Below, piece by piece: positions 63,766-64,000 of a stretch of DNA of 64,000 nt (the stretch's first letter is position 1; every line of letters begins with the position of its first letter). The notes below the pieces were generated by a model that worked only from the letters and a program-made list of their open reading frames with translations, made no database searches and was not told the DNA's origin. The DNA comes from an uncultured Candidatus Saccharibacteria bacterium (GTDB lineage: Bacteria; Patescibacteriota; Saccharimonadia; Saccharimonadales; Saccharimonadaceae), in assembly GCA_963518445.1 (NCBI GenBank), contig CAUQIU010000001.1, positions 774 to 64,773 on the forward strand, given 5' to 3'. The position numbers and the translations under genes were made by a program.

Positions 63766-64000
63766 ATGAATGAATTAGGAAAAACCTCGATGGAAACAAC
63801 AGCGTCTCCAGAAGACTTGAAAGCGGTGCAAGATTTCATCATTGGCTGCTTGGCAGATGGGCAATCAATGACGGTACCGCAGCTATCTCAGCAGTGGTGC
63901 GAAGCTCACGGAATTAAGTCCCGTATTACAGCCGACCTATTTAATGAAACAACTCGGCAAGCATTAGGGGCGATCAAAGCCGAGGAAGACGGGCCGTTTG
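63766..64000 (+). CDS. Hypothetical protein, N-terminal fragment (runs off the window)
   Basis: ATG 7 nt after TATAGT (63753-63758). The frame stays open to the window end (MNELGKTSMETTASPEDLKAVQDF…). Confidence 0.35.
   Translation, partial: MNELGKTSMETTASPEDLKAVQDFIIGCLADGQSMTVPQLSQQWCEAHGIKSRITADLFNETTRQALGAIKAEEDGPF

Overview
This is a gene-dense bacterial chromosome segment. Sampled lines give about 50% GC in core genes. Compact genes, many overlaps and the gene content suggest a reduced-genome Patescibacteria/Saccharibacteria-like organism, but that is inference only.

Most of the window is housekeeping:
- A MacB-type ABC pair with PadR and a PspC-domain protein, then uppP, serS and hpf.
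- secA, an M16 peptidase, murD and prfB.
- ftsE-ftsX followed by a coiled-coil CHAP hydrolase and a Ctp protease.
- rpmA, xseAB, a soluble two-component pair, recO and glyQS.
- A partial dcw cluster: mraZ-rsmH-ftsL-ftsI-mraY-ftsW-murG-ftsQ.

Six things stand out:
1. The dcw cluster stops after ftsQ and runs into an AT-rich island of about 8 kb (51.7-59.8 kb). The island carries a complete streptococcal-style type II-A CRISPR-Cas9 locus: cas9-cas1-cas2-csn2, 6 repeats with 5 spacers, and a clearly predictable divergent tracrRNA. It also holds a truncated tracrRNA-like remnant and a lone nucleoside-2-deoxyribosyltransferase-like gene.
2. A mirror-symmetric four-gene module (7.0-12.7 kb) has an AAA_5/MoxR-like ATPase and a vWA/MIDAS protein transcribed divergently. 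Each is followed by a paralogous unknown protein of about 300 aa. This is my best candidate for an uncharacterised system.
3. A highly divergent RelA/SpoT-fold protein sits next to RNase H, two unknown proteins and a Pif1/RecD-like helicase (36.7-41.9 kb).
4. At least 17 genes have a (TGn)TATAAT box 6-8 nt upstream of their ATG, which implies widespread leaderless mRNAs.
5. Phased GTGGG boxes lie inside the mraZ promoter.
6. Two ORFs are broken at T-homopolymers.

No rRNA, tRNA or transposase genes were recognised.
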